Assembly: GCF_009914755.1 (NCBI RefSeq)
Contig: NC_060942.1
Length of the DNA: 64,000 nucleotides
Source: the human T2T-CHM13v2.0 reference genome, Homo sapiens
Direction: 5' to 3' (one strand)
Positions 1 to 17,678 of this stretch are shown one piece after another (within the stretch, counting starts at the first letter, position 1; each line of letters starts with the position of its first letter). The notes beneath the pieces are model-generated. The model searched no databases. It was not told where the DNA came from and was given only the letters and a program-made list of their open reading frames with translations. The position numbers and the translations under genes were made by a program.

Positions 1-783
<783 letters not shown>

Positions 784-839
784 TTAATTCTTTTCAGAGG
801 CCTGTATCGACACAGCTCTGAGACCATACCGAGTTTAAC
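784..839. repeat. Right arm of ~57-bp inverted repeat (partner 22-80)
   Basis: Reverse complement aligns to 22-80 with 4 substitutions and one 3-nt indel. Confidence 0.88.
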
Positions 840-1209
840 AAGTCATCTGCTCTTGTGTCTGATAATGGTTGTTTGCATGTGTGCCAGAATACGGCATACC
901 ACCTTATCATGGAAGCTGATGGGGAAGAGACCTTTAGGCATCATCTATCTTGACCCACAACACAGAGAGTTGTAAACAGCCGCTTTGTATTGGGTTGGGT
1001 TTGCGGCGCTTCCCCACTTGTGTGTGGAACACAGCATTTCTGCCCACACCGGGGACTCTAGCGGACACCTTGCTGGCTCAAGGGCCACAGCTGTGTCTGT
1101 GGGGCAGCACCTGGGTACAGACATCAGCATGTTCACCTCTGCTTTAGGCCTTGAACATCAGCTGGGGGGATGAGGGAAGAGAGAGTGGGGGCCTGACAAG
1201 CATTTTTAA

Positions 1210-1546
<337 letters not shown>

Positions 1547-1564
1547 TCTTAACTATTTTTTAAA

Positions 1565-3035
1565 TGTAGTGTTTAGTAATGCTAAGTATATTCCCATTGT
1601 TGTGCAACAGATCTCTATAACTTTCTCATCCTGTAAAACAGAAACTCTAGACCACCGAATAACTCCCCATTTTCCACTCTGCTCAGCCCCTGATAACAAC
1701 CAGTCTACTTTCTGTTTCTATGAGTTTAATTATTTTAGATACCTTATATAAGTGTTAATTATATAGTGTGTCATTTTTTGACTAGCTTATTTCACTTAGC
1801 CTAATATCCTTAAGATTCATCTATATTGTTCCGTGTCAAAATTTCCATCTTTTTAAAGGCTGAATAATATTCCATTGTAAGTGTATGTCACATTTTGTTT
1901 TTCCATTCTTATCCATTGATGGACACCTGGGTTATATCCATTGATGGACACTTGGGTTGCTTCCACCTCTTGGCTATTGTGAAAAGTGCTGCTATGAAGA
2001 TGCGTGTGTGAGTATCTCTTCAAGATCCTGCTTTTAATTCTTTGGGGTATATTCCCAGGAGTGGCATTTCTGGATCTCATTCATATATATACATTTTTTT
2101 TAGTTAGGGTCTCTGTTGCCTAGGCTGGCCTCGAACTCCTGAGCCCATGTGATCCTCCTGCTTAAGCCTCCTGATACGTTTAATTTTTTGAGGAATCTCC
2201 ACACTCTTTTCCACAGTGACTGAACCATTTTACATTCACACCAACAGTGCCCAGGGTTCCAATTTTTCCATATCCTTGTCAATACTTATTTTCTCGGTGG
2301 TTTTTTTTTGAGAGGGGGTCTTGCTCTGTCACACAGGCTGGAATGCAGTGTTGTTTTCATGGCTCACTGTAGCCTCGACCTCCTGGGCTTAAGCGATCTT
2401 CTACCCCTCAGCCTCCTGAGTAGCTGGGACTATAGCCTGGCTAGTTTAAATTTTCTCTTATACAGACAGGGTCTCCCTATGTTTCCCAAGCTTGTATTTT
2501 TTCAAAAATAGTGGCCATCCTAATGGGTGTGGGATGGCATCTCACTGTAGTTTTGGTTTGCAATGCTCTAATGATCAGTGATGTTGAGTATCTTTTAATA
2601 TGGTTTTTGGCCATTTGTATGTCTTCTTTGGAGAAATGTCTATTCAAGTCCTTTTCCCATCTTTTTAATCAGGTGCTTTTTTGTTGAATATTGAAGTTCT
2701 TATATATCCTAGATATTAACCCCTTATCAGATATATGACTTACAATTATTTTCTTCCATCCTGTAGGTTGTTTTTGCCCTGTTGATTGTTTGATTTGAGA
2801 CACAGAAATTTAAGTTTGATGTAGTCCCATTCATCTACTGCTTTTGCTGCCTATGCTTTTGGGGGTCATATCCAAGAACTCATCACCAAATCCAATGTCA
2901 TGAAGCTTTCCTCTATGTTTTCTTCTAGGATTTTCATAGTTTTGGGGTCTTACATTTCACTCTTTAATCCATTTTGAGTTAATTTTTGCAGATGGTGTAA
3001 GGTAAGGGTCCAACCTCATTCTTCTGCATGCAGAA
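1565..3035 (-). mobile_element. L1M (L1MA/MB-like) 3' region, interrupted by Alu fragments (~2095-2172, ~2300-2495)
   Basis: Reverse L1 3'UTR/ORF2-end motifs (ttggagaaatgtctattcaagtcc; agatggtgtaaggtaagggtcc). Internal 25-bp tandem duplication near 1910-1960. Confidence 0.85.
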
Positions 3036-4789
3036 GGACATTGTGTTTTAACCCATTTTAGATAATCAGCTCTGTGAGAGCTTGAATTGTGTCTTATTTA
3101 TTAGCATATCCTCAGATAGTCCTGGATACATAGTGGGCTGCTTAGTAAATGTTTTTTACCAAGTGATTGCATTGAAGAGACTGAGAAGATTGTTATACTA
3201 TACTTGTCTCATAATTGTTCTTTTAAATGCACATAGTAATTGCTTTTTGATCATACCTAACCCCTAGTACTGACAGAGCAGTGACAAGATGGAATGACAG
3301 TCAGACTCCAGCAAATAAAACAAAGAAACGGAGACTTTAAACTTTTCACATTTAGATAAGTCTTTTTTAGTTCACAGAATAATTACGCCAAAGTTAAAAG
3401 CAGTCGATGTTCCATCCAAACATGTCTCACACCCCTACTCTTAATACTGGTTCCAGGTATATCTACAATGAGTTTGGGAAGGGTGCCAGATCCCTCCTTT
3501 TACTAAATATTTTACCTCCAGTAGCACAAAAAAGAGGCCAGAGATAATATCTCACCCACATTTACACAATCAGTACACTACAGAGATCACAGTATGTCAA
3601 GTGCCTTTGAAATGTGGGACTTTAATGTACAAACAGCAGCACCTTATGTATGACAGTGGAGGCCAGAAAGCAGCAGCCGCCCCCTTACCACCAAAGCTAA
3701 GCAGATTCCAACCCAGAGTAGTTTCCTGTATTGGTGCTCCAGTCTGATTCACCACAGGCCTCGGAACTGGACTTTTATTTAAGGGTGAGAGAAAGCCTAT
3801 TAGCTTTCTAGCTTCCCTAATAAGTCTCAGTGGTGGGTACCACAAACACTAGAAGTTAAGAGAGAGAAGGAAATGGGTTTGGAATGTCCCCATTCAAAGG
3901 CCGGGTCTGTTGCAAAAGCTTATTCATCCTCAATCATTCTCTGCTCCATCAAGGACCCTGGACAGCTCAAACCATGTTACAAGCCAGATGGCAGCATTGG
4001 AGAAGAAAGCTTGCAAGGCATTTATTAAGCAAGACAGCCAATGGCTCCCCTGCTCCTACAGTTGGTTTTGTTCCAGTGATCTATAGCCTGGAGTTGACTT
4101 CCTCCAGAGAAGCAAAGCAAGAGCATTCTCTTAGAGGAGGGTGGAGAGCACTATGCTAGGAAGCAGTTTATAAGGAGAGACCCCAGTCTGTTTAGAAGCA
4201 GCCAGAGGGTGCCTGTGTGAAGTGTTTGCTGGTGAAAACTCCACTATGACCCAGAGTACCTCAGGCCAAGGGAATGAACGAGGATAAGCCAAATCCTGAA
4301 TCGTCTTATTCTCTGGATGGACGGAGACTCAGGCTTGTGTTTGAAGAGTTTAAGACATAAGTGGAGAGAAAACACAAATCCTCCGTGAAGAACTCTGAGC
4401 TTTTGTTCTTGCTGACTTTCCAACCGAAAACCCACCTGTGTCCTTCCTCCTTGGGCAAATTCTACCAGTCTGCCATGTCCAGATCAAACCTAAATGCCGC
4501 TGACCACTGCAGACTACAGTGCTCGCTCCCTTCAAGCTCCCACAGCAGGAAGCATCTGTGCACTTACCTGGAGGGCATGTGGGTACTGTTTTATTCTATT
4601 TGCATATGCTCTATGTGTCTGGTCTTCCCAATTAGGATGTCAAGAGGTCATTCATAATGCCTAGCACACTGCTAAGCAATGATAGCCAGGGATAAGGCAC
4701 TCAAAGGTTTAGAATCATTTGCTAACACTGAAGTCATTTCCCTTACCAGTGTGGAGAAAAAAGTCTATTGCTCTATACCTCCATAGGTA

Positions 4790-5270
4790 CTAAAAATATA
4801 AAATAACTTGGAACTATTTTTTTTTAAGTTCTCATTGTATATTTCCTGATGAAATGATAGGATGTTCGGGATTTTCATCCAATTAATAAGGGTGAATATT
4901 CAGAAACAGTATACTGAATGAAAGAAGCTGAAAGTACACATTCACAAGAATTTCTTTATACACACATATATATACACACATACGTATATATGTGTGTATA
5001 TATATGTGTATAAAGATTCTAGTCATATGGAGTTCTAGAACAGGTAAAACTACAGTGAAAGAAAGCAGGTCAGTGTCTGCCTAGACTGGGAGTTGGGGAA
5101 GTGGACATGTGCACATGGACAGAAGGGAAATTTCTGGGGTGATAGAAATGTTCTATATCTTGAAATATAGGATGGGAGTTACATGGGTAAATACATCTGT
5201 CAAAATTTGAATGGTAATTTAAATGAGTACATTACATGTCATTTGTATGTCAATACAGTTGACTTGTAAA
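4790..5270 (+). mobile_element. Old L1M 3' fragments with an embedded (CA/TA)n tract
   Basis: tttctggggtgatagaaatgttctatatcttg motif typical of old L1M 3' ends. Confidence 0.6.
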
Positions 5271-5576
5271 AACATATAGCTAGGTATAAAAATAAATATA
5301 GCTATAAATATGCGAACAAATAAGGAAAGGTGGAAGAAAGACTGGGGAGCAGTAGGAAGAGGCTGGCTCTGAGTTGTTAGAATTGGGTGAGGAGCCCCAA
5401 GCAGGGGGGGTTCATAATACTGTTCCATTTTTGTATATGTTAAAATTTTTCCAGAAAAAGGTTTAAGATAGTTTTCATTTGGTTTTTTTAACTTAAAATG
5501 ATCTTTAGGAATCTTATCCAATCCCAGGACAATGAGCTTTTTCTCCCACATTGCTATTGGCTATGAGGGTTTCTCA

Positions 5577-5897
<321 letters not shown>

Positions 5898-7069
5898 TCA
5901 GTCAGGAAGCAATGGCAGAAGAGAGCCTCGGCATTTGTCTTGGTGGGAGAAGCTGCAAAGCCTTTTCATGAGACATATGTATATACTTTTTACTAGAGCT
6001 AGTTAGAGCTCAGAGAAACTATAAAGAGCCTCTTTCTAAACCTAGAGGCATTCTAGGGCAAATAACTTGTATAACATTACTCAGCTAGTTAGTAGGTGAG
6101 CTTAAATAAGCTCCAGATGGCCTAGATATCACTAGAACTCATTATTACCATAATTAATGGGATCTACTTATTTCATACTCTCAATTTTTCAATGACCTAT
6201 TTTATGTCTCAAACATTTATTGAACACCTACTATGTGCAGGTCCTGGCTTGGTTCTGTGGCTACAGTGGTGACCAAGACATGGTTCCTGCCCTTAAAGAA
6301 CTCTCAGCCTTGGGAGTTAGGACCGAGAACATGGCTGACGGTTCCCCAGCACACTCAGGGCTGACCTTCAGTACAACTGGGCAATCGTGACTGTGGTGGT
6401 TGTAAAATGTGTCCACAAATTCTTTGACACTTTGTGATCACGGGAGTCAATTCTCCTTAATAAACTCCCTTTCATATACACATGTATCCCATTAGTTCTG
6501 TCTCTCTAGAGATCTCTAATACAATTCCCCTGTGATTGTTACTCAGAATTCAGTAGGGATGACTGTAAGAATCAAAATCTTGTGCAATCTGAAAGCCAGC
6601 TTTGTACAACTTCAAGTCAGGGCTCATGATTCAGAGTCACCACTGTGTGCCTGGGATATATTTAAAATGGTGCTGACATCACTGTGTCATAGCAATAGAC
6701 CACCACAACCTGCAGGTGGGTACCTGTGGCCCTGGGGAGGAAAGGAGTGAACCTCTTCCCTCAGTGAGTGAGGGAAATGTATCAGTAAATCTACTGCAAC
6801 CATGAGGCAGTGGGTCAACGCTGGCAGCTGAAGCCTGATCCAATTTTATCATCTGCTTCCAACTAAGAAACTGAAATGTGGGTCCCACTCTTGGGCCTTG
6901 GAATAAGGCAGACTTACCTTTAAATCTGAGCCCTGCCACTTTCTACCTGTGGGATCTTGGGTAAGCTACACAACCTGGATTTCCTCATCTATAAAATGGG
7001 GATGGTAACGGCCACCTAGAGGCACTGCTGGAGGGTTAAAGTGATGTTGTCTTTAACGTGCCTGACTCA

Positions 7070-7478
<409 letters not shown>

Positions 7479-8029
7479 TCATCCTTCCAAGTCTACAAAA
7501 TGTGCAGTTTCAACACATGATCAAGTCTTCATATTTAAAATTTTGTAAACAGAACCTCAGGATGAGGCCTGCACACAGATGGGCTCCAGAGATGCTCCCC
7601 TATTCCCCCCAGTCCTCTTTGCTTGATTTGGCCTCTTGAAAAAGTGACGAGGTAAGGTGGCAAATGTTGACCTCAGTGTCCCGGCTGACCTCCTGCTGGG
7701 TGGCTGCATCCTGGTTCCCTTCAGCCCCTCTGTGTGGCAGCAGGAGTGCAGAATGAAGGCACTGGCACTTTAGAGGCGGCTGTCCAGAATCTCTGGCCCC
7801 ACTTTCTGCATAAACACAGCAGACGATGGGCTGTGGGATGCCAGGAGTTTGGGAGGAAGGTTGTAGTAATGTAAAAAGAGTCTGCATTTCTCCCAGATTC
7901 CAGTCAATGGAATTATGCGTATCATTTATCTCATATTAGCCTTTGTGAGAGAGCTTTTGCCTCAAAGAGCTGTTGGGATGAATCCGTGAGATGCATCTTG
8001 AAGGTACTTTGTAAAGAGTGCTAATAAAT

Positions 8030-8605
<576 letters not shown>

Positions 8606-9504
8606 TACAGTCAGTTTAATATGGATTCCCAATAATCCTGGGAAGACCCATTTTATAGAGTAGCAGAGGAAACCACACATTATTGAGAAGCCATATAACC
8701 ACCTGAGGCAAAGGTGATGCTAGACCGAGCAGGTGCAGCCATCGGGTTGCAAATGTACTCACTTGAAATCCTAGGGGCCTCTAAATTCTCAGGCCTGACT
8801 GTTGGCCCCACTTCATTTGGCCATTGTTTGCTGATTTAACACCGTTGGCATGGTTTCCCCATAAGACAGTAAGTTTATTTCAGGCAGAATCCTCTCCGTA
8901 GTGTTTTGTATTTCCCCATTTCCCAGCCCACAGTAGGTGCTCAACGAGCACTTCCTGAATGATTATCCACACTTCCCTCAACTGCTCAACGTGGGGAGAG
9001 TCGCTGGTTTAAGAGTAGAGAGAGAAATTCTCAACTCCCCAGGCAGCCACCCAGGGAGGCCAAGCACACCAGTCAACCCAGGACAGGCTGAGTGCAGGCT
9101 TGAGTGCCAGCCCTCTCCTTCTGGAGTCTCCCTTCCCAGGGAACTCTCTGCAGCAATTTCACTCTCAAATCCGATAGTCCCTGCTGCCAGAACACAAGCA
9201 ACTTAAAAAAAAAAAAAAAAAAAAAAAGGACAGGAGAGTTGGCTCTGAATTTTAAGTGCTCTCGCGGGACAGAGACCCATCTAAAAGTTAAATGACAGGC
9301 ATCGAATCTATCCCCACACTCTCCCTTTCTCACCACATCACTTGTTTTCTTCCCACACCACAGAAGAAGTGGTGGAGGTGGAGGCACTGAGGTCTATACA
9401 CCATTTAAAAACATGTTTTTATTGCAAAATAAAGCAAAGAACCTGGAAACTTCACAACACAAATATATAACTTAGCAAATTGTTATAAAGCAAGCACCTC
9501 TTCA

Positions 9505-9592
9505 GTTGCAGCAAACCACCATGGCACACATTTACCTGTGTAACAAACCCGCCCATCCTGCATATGTACCCCAGAACTTAAAAATAAAAAAA
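9505..9592 (+). mobile_element. Extremely 5'-truncated L1PA 3' end
   Basis: gcagcaaaccaccatggcacac...ccagaacttaaaaataaaaaaa, flanked by aaagcaagcacc / aaagtaagcacc (TSD-like). Confidence 0.8.
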
Positions 9593-10078
9593 GTAAGCAC
9601 CCTTTTAAAGAACTCCCAAATCAATCCAACAGAACTTTGCCAGCCACCCCAGACCCCCTCCTTCCACGTGCCCCATCCCAATCAGTCTCCTCTCTTCCCC
9701 AACAAGTCACCACTTATCATAGTAATAACTTCCTATGTTTTAAAAAATAATGTATTACCCACCTGTGCATGCCTAGATATTATGGTTTAGTGTTGCTCAT
9801 TTAAAAAGTGATAGGTCTTTTAAGTTTCCTGTTGCCTGCAGACTGCCGGAACCCAGGGCATTTGACCTGTCGTGTTTCCCATGGTTGGAATGTTGCCGAC
9901 TGGATGTTTGTGGTGTGGTTCAAGGTGTTTAAACACCGTTTCATGCTGTGGGGTTGGCCATGGTCTAGGACTGCTAGCATCTCCTTCTTGGCTAATGTTT
10001 ATTTGGGCAGATGTCCTATGTTCTTTTGTGAACAAATGGCATTAGCAGCAGCAAGACGACATTAAAAAACAACTGACA

Positions 10079-10385
<307 letters not shown>

Positions 10386-12021
10386 AACGGACAGTTCAAA
10401 CACTGGCACAGGAGTAGAAATGAGAGGACCTAGGTTTTAGGCCTGCCCTCTCGGACGGTTATTGCACCTCTCTAAGACCATCAGTATCTTTTCCACGGGG
10501 TCATGGTGCTAATTAAATGTGATTCTGGATATAACGCTTTCTGGGCTGTGGAATGCAAGACATTCTAATAGGAACCTTTAGAAATAAATTGCTCCTCATA
10601 ACATTCCTTGAAAGTCTACATTAGCTTGGGATTGCCACAATGCATTTGCAGAAAGATTTTGGTATAAGGTAGAACGATGCTAGTCCAACTCAATTGCATA
10701 AGAGTTACTGGAGTATTAAGATGACCTCGTGGATTTTTATGTAGCTCTCCAGCAGGGTCTTTGAGGGTGACAAGTATTTCAATGCAAGTTTCTCCACTTC
10801 TTTATTTTTATACATCACAAAAAAACATGGCAAGGAGATTAAGGGAAAACCACACTTTGATTTAGCAACTGAATTTCTGAATGACTTGCGCTATTTAGCC
10901 CCCTGTTCCTAAAGATCATCCTGGCTGGAAATAAATTCCCTAAGGCACACAGATTACTTCCAGGGAAGGAAAGTGAGGGTAGCTTTATGCCTTGAGAGGT
11001 ACATCTGGAGATATTGATCGACTGCCTAACCCAAGCCCTTCTGGCTTATGAAATGCAAACTTACTTCTTCCTCGAACCCTTCTCTGGGTTTGTTCAATAC
11101 AACTAACATCAACCTAAGCTCAAGCTGGGGATATCTGTGTTGGATGTATTTATTTATGTCTCTGTGTTTATAGTGATAGACAAGGTTTTCTGCCTAGTCT
11201 TCCTATTAGGATCATAAGCTATTTAGGGTTAAATCTATGTTTTATTCATAACTATCCATCAGATATATACATGTTTCTGTTAAGCAGATCACGTCATCAG
11301 AGTCGTAAAAAAGGCCTGCAAACCATTTCTCTTCTCAGCCTGTTGATCTACTGAACTGGTAGCTGTGGTTTTCATTAGGGGCTGGCTGCATGTTTGTTGA
11401 ACATGGGAAAGAGATACCATCTCAGGCTTACTCTCAAGCCCTTTAGAATCACTGGATGCCAAAGTTCAACAGGGAAGATACACCTCTCTGATGTGCTAAG
11501 AGCCTTGACTGGAAGCCGTTAAACAAACAAAACAAGAAGATGTTTTATCAGTTTAAGGGTGATTTCTGAGTCCCTGACAAACTAGCGAATTGAGCAATCT
11601 TAGGTAGAATAAATACTGTTTATCTGGGTCCAGGACAGTTGTTCAAGAAGTCAGATTGCCAGACCCATCCCGGGGCATTACTCACAGCAGAACGGTGTTA
11701 CTAGAAATCTGCTATACCGTCAGGCATTCGGACAGCCTTTTATAAAGTGCATTAGTCCTCATCCTTGGTGACACAAAGTACCCACAGGGCTGCTTTTCTA
11801 GGTGCAGGAAACTCAGAAAGGGCATAGACTATAATTTTCAAAAGTGAAAAAGAAAGCTGCTGCACAAGTTCCTCACCAGCTTATGGCAGTTTATAGAGAC
11901 AATATTCTCTATAAATAATGTACAGATCTTAGATAAAATAGAATTACTTAGGCACATGTATTCCCTAAGGCACATAGATTATTTCCATAATCTATGGACT
12001 TTCCGATGGCATGCCTAGAAA

Positions 12022-12313
<292 letters not shown>

Positions 12314-12429
12314 GGAAATTTATTTTATGAGAAGTTGCAATAGCCGTAGCTCACCCTATCTATGGCTTTGCCACGTGTCCCTTACCTAGTGTCCATTTTA
12401 ATAATTGCCTCTGCAATCCCTTGCCATCA

Positions 12430-12855
<426 letters not shown>

Positions 12856-14046
12856 TTACAGCTCTCAGGTCCTGCCAGCATGCCCCAGGGTCAGGGAAGA
12901 GGGGAGGACAGAGGGAGAGGGGCCCTGCTAGAAGCTGGGCTCAGCTGTTCCTATTTAGACATGCCAGGAAGACCCTGATCTTCCTTTCATGTGTGAAAAT
13001 GCGTACCATGGCCTTTTATCAGTGCTTTTCCAGAAGGCAGGCTCTATAAATCTGACATGATTTATACTCCCCTTAAAGGGCTAATGTTCACACACTGTAA
13101 ATATTCCCCAAGTGCAGGCACTGGGCCTCAAAGCTGCCTTTATCACATCTGCTAATCCAGTTCTTCAAAGGGAGCACAGCAGTGGGCCGGGAGCTGACCT
13201 CACCGACGCGTGAGGCCAGGATGGGAAATGCCCCAGACACTTCGCCACTCCATCTGGGGCCATTCAGGACAGCACTGGAAACGCAGTCGGGCCCAACCAC
13301 TGCAAAGGGTCCCAAAGCCCTGCTGTAGAACACTAGGTGCTCCATGGGCTTTTTGTAAAAACATTCTTTGCTAAAGGAAAACTGGGTGAAGTAAATGGTG
13401 ATCTGGCCAAGAATACAGACAGCTCTCTTCTTCCTGGCACTGGAATGGCCTACTTAAGCCTGCATGCTGGGGAGACCAGCCACCTGGGTCACCTTGCTGC
13501 TGAGGACCTTGCACAGACTGCCAAGGTCTGTGCCAAAGGTGGCAGCAGTGTGGGCTGAAAGTGCTAGGTTGAGGGTGTTTTGTTCAGGCAGGCAGGACAG
13601 TTTGACACCCAGGGAAGCATAAACTCTCTTCGCTTAGCAGCCCTTTGGCGTTGGGCCAGGTTTGCTCTTTGTGTGACATAATAACCACGACTATCTAGAA
13701 CGCAGACTGGGGAAGTCGGGTAATGCGTGACCATCTCTTGTTCTTCCTGGCCCGTATACTTTGCTTCTTACTGTTCCTCTCTTCTGCAAAGCCCTCTGTT
13801 CCATCTCCACTTGTTGAATCCCACCAAGATGCACATCAAATGTTCCATGAAGCCTGCTCTCTACCCACGGAAGTCTGAAAATCAGGCAGCATTTACCGTG
13901 TGTCCCTCCCACTCACAGGCTGGTCTTCTAGGCCTCCCTGGAGAGCATCTCTTAGGGCGCATGCCACCAGGTAAGCTGCCTAAGAACCAGGCTCACTTCT
14001 TGGTATCTCACGTAATGGATGCTCGAAAAATCTTTGGGAAATGGAT

Positions 14047-14455
14047 CGTTACAGGTTGAATTGTGTCCTGATTCCCAGTGCTTTAGAATGTGACTTTATT
14101 TGGAAACAGGATCACTTCAAATAAAATCAGTTAAGATGAAGTTATACTGGAGTAAGATGGGATCCTAGTCCAATATGATGGGTGTCTTTATACAAAGGGG
14201 AAACTTGCGCACAGGAAGAATGCTATGTGAAGATGAAGGCAGAGGTGAGAGGCAGTGGAAGCCAAGGAACACCAAAAATTGCCCGCTGATGACCAGATGC
14301 TGGGGAAAGGCACGGAATGGATTGTCCTGCATAGCTGTTAGAAGAAACCAACCCTGCTGACATCTCAGACTTCTAACCTCAGACCAGAAACAAATTTCTG
14401 TTTCAGCCACTTAATTTGTGGCATTTTGCTATGGCAACCCTAGGAAACAGAAACT
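14047..14455 (+). mobile_element. MLT1-type (MaLR) solo LTR
   Basis: ggttgaattgtgtcc start; gaatgtgactttatttggaaa; aaccaaccctgctgaca; tgctatggcaaccctaggaaac end. Confidence 0.8.
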
Positions 14456-15879
14456 TGAATGGATGGAGGGAGAGATGGGCATGAGGGCAGCCCACATGCA
14501 GGCAAAACTTCCTTACACAGCCCGACTGCCCAGTCCTCTTCCTGGTGACATATGCAGTGACCAGGGCTTCTGCCCTTTGGGAGGTGAGCAGGCCCAGAGG
14601 CAGCCTGGTAGCTGAGCTCTCAGACTGTGCACCTTCAGCACAGCAGCAGGAAGTTTCAGAGCTTACCTGCTGCACCACCATCCCTGCACCATGGGAGACC
14701 TGGGGTTGGCAGCACCCGAGCTAGGTACACATTTCTCAAGCCAGCAGGTTGACACAAATGATGCCATGCTGTGTAGTTGCGTTTCCACAAGTGACAGTGT
14801 AATTGTTGAATGTACAGGGTCAACATAGCTCTTTAGGCAGGTTTTGAATGTGTCATCGGAGAAAAACACTTGAACCTCTGCAAAAGTGGCAGTTTTTAAA
14901 AATCCACTTTATGTGTAACCAACATAACAGGGCCATCTTGTTAATGCCTGCTTTCTAGGCGAATTCCCGTAGCTTCCTCACCTGTACTCCCTTCAATTGG
15001 TGCACTGGAGGGATGGTTTTGACTCACTGCAGCTGTGTGATAACGAGCTGAGCAGTAAGGGGGAATAGGGAAGGGCTTGTATCAGAGATGGTAGAGTGAA
15101 CTGATTACCAGCACAAACTTGAGTCCCACTGTTCTGGGTGCAGGTCCCATCTCTGTCACTGAATAGGCTCAGCGACCTTGCGCAGGTTACTTGGCCTCCA
15201 CAAACCCCACTTGCCTCGACCACAGCCCTGGAATTACAATTCCCACCACATGTGGCTGCTGTGATGACTGGGCAAGGTAATGCACGGAAAGCTCTCAGCA
15301 CACAGCTTGGTTGTAGGTAGATGGGAGGCGATGCCCAGCAGTTTTCAGGCCCACCAAACCCCTTAAATTTCCTTTGCCTGATAATCCCAGAACCCTAGAA
15401 TAACAGGATGAACATGAATAACAAAATGAGGGAACTGAGGTCTGGCGACTTCCTGAAGGTCACCTAGCAAGTATCTGAGGTGGGTTTAGAATGGAGTTGT
15501 CCTGAAATTAAGTCCAATACCTTTTCCACAAATCAGATGGTTTCCTTTGGGTTTTTTACCCCTGTTCAATGTACCAATTTATAATCCTATGGAGCTTGAA
15601 TACTCCTGAGAACCAGAATTATTTAGCTCAATCTCCAACAGACTAAGGCAGGCAAATTTCCATGCAATAATATACTTAGTTGTAAAGGGCTGACGCCTTA
15701 ACTTTGGTTGTGCTGACTGCAGGAAATGGTGGGCTCTTGCATGAAAAGATGACCCAGGCTCCAGGTTTATTATGTTAATACCTAAGGACAGATGAATGAC
15801 ATCCATCTTTCCCAACTAGTCTTTCATCCACTCCATCTCATCTACTGGTCAATTTATAGAATACCATCATCAATCTAGT

Positions 15880-16045
15880 CTGTCCATCAATCCATCCATC
15901 CATCCATCCATCTATCCATCCATCCAACCATCCATCCATCCTTCCATCCATCTTCCCTTCCATCCATCTTCCCATCCATTCCATCTTCCTAACCACTTAT
16001 CAATAAGTCTGTCCATCCATCCAACCTTTCCTTCCTCTTATCCAT
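15880..16045 (+). repeat. (TCCA)n degenerate simple repeat abutting an L2 3' fragment
   Basis: Runs of tccatccatcc directly visible. Confidence 0.9.
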
Positions 16046-17519
16046 CTATGGAGCATCTGCTGTTAGCCAGGTCCTGTGTCAGGCACTGAGAATGCAAAGT
16101 AAGTGAGGATATCTGTTTAACAATTTTCAATTCACCTTTAAGAATCTAGCCCTGTTGGCAGAGCGGGGCCGCCATGAACAAAAGTTAAAAGCTCATGTTT
16201 CTGTCCACTTTTACTTTTACATACTCAGTTAAATTTTCCAAGTGTTAATGTGATTAACCAATTCAACAGCTTCATGATAAGATAAACCTCTTTACCAGAT
16301 TCTCGACTATTTCATTTAGATCATGGAATGTTAGAACGTATCTTTAGTTCAATCTCTTTTGTAGATGACAGTGAGATCCAGAGAGAGACAGTAACTTGCC
16401 TTAGGTCTTTCAGATTGCTGTGTGAAGAGACCACGAACTCAACTGGGTCCCAGCTGGCCGTTTTGGAGGAGTGGGTGCACGCAGTGAGCCTGCTATTGGG
16501 AATTCTGTTGAGAACACCTGAGAGCTATCTGTCGGCCAGGCTCCAGGGCAGAAGCTCTGCGGAGTGACCTGTTACATGCAAATTCCTGGGCTGTTTTCTG
16601 TTCCTTTGTGGAATTGTCAGAACACAGTGAACCAAGATTAACATTATCCAGAAGACTTGAAGCTCCTCTGACGCAGAAGTACACAGCATGGTAGTAAGGA
16701 GAGTAGGCGCTGGTGGAGTTACATGATCAGAACTTGAATACTGATGCTGCTAACTAGTACCTTTTAAATTGGACAAGTCATGGTTTCTGTGAATGCCCAT
16801 TCTTTGAACGGTAAAAAGGTAACAGCACCTATCACTTGGAGCTGCTACGAGGAGCCAGTGATAAGATATGTAGGTTCCCAGAACAGTGCCCAGCTTATGT
16901 TAAGAGCTCTATTCACAGTACTCATTTTTATGTTATTTATTGTCGGTATTACTATGATTCAGTTCTCTACAAAATCAGATATGTGGGGTTGGGACCTTAC
17001 ATCACCTTTTCAATACAGCTCTCAAGGGTTTAAAGATAAACAAGGACTCATACCTTTTGTATATGTAGACCTGGAACATAAAACCTACTCTGATGACGGG
17101 TTCACATCCACCTTGTAATTTGTCTACAATAATGTCAACATGGAGCTACAAATAATCTCACATATGCTACATTAACAGTTTACTTAGAAATTGGGGTAGA
17201 TGTCGCTGCATGTTTTCAATCCTCTCAACTAATGCTGTGGTCACACTTCTGGGAAAAGCCTAGGATGGTATCACTTAACATTTTTTCTTCAACTTGTTCA
17301 GATTTTAAAGGTGCAATATTATTGATTAGCCACATGGGGGCATGAAGCTCTAATTTTTCCTGAAGTTGACCAGGACGTCTATCCTAAGCATTAGAAGTTG
17401 TAATGCCTTAGATATCTTAGAAAAACCAAACAATGTTCCTGAAATATTTTATATGGGCAGTGTTAGAAATGAACAAAGCATGTTTGTGTTTAAAAGTTGA
17501 TCGTGCAGATTTGTGTTCT

Positions 17520-17678
17520 GGCTGTAATATCCAACCCCGGAGGCACATTACAATCACCTGGAGGGCTTTTAAAATATGAATTCTGCTGCACACCACCCGT
17601 CTGGAGATGGCAAGGCAACAGTATCAGCATTTTTAAAAAAGCTCCCCAGGTAATTGCAAGGTTGAGAACCGCTGATCT
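17520..17678. mobile_element. MER5-like hAT-Charlie MITE
   Basis: aatcacctggagggcttttaaa ... gctccccaggtaatt ... ggttgagaaccgctg. Confidence 0.65.
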
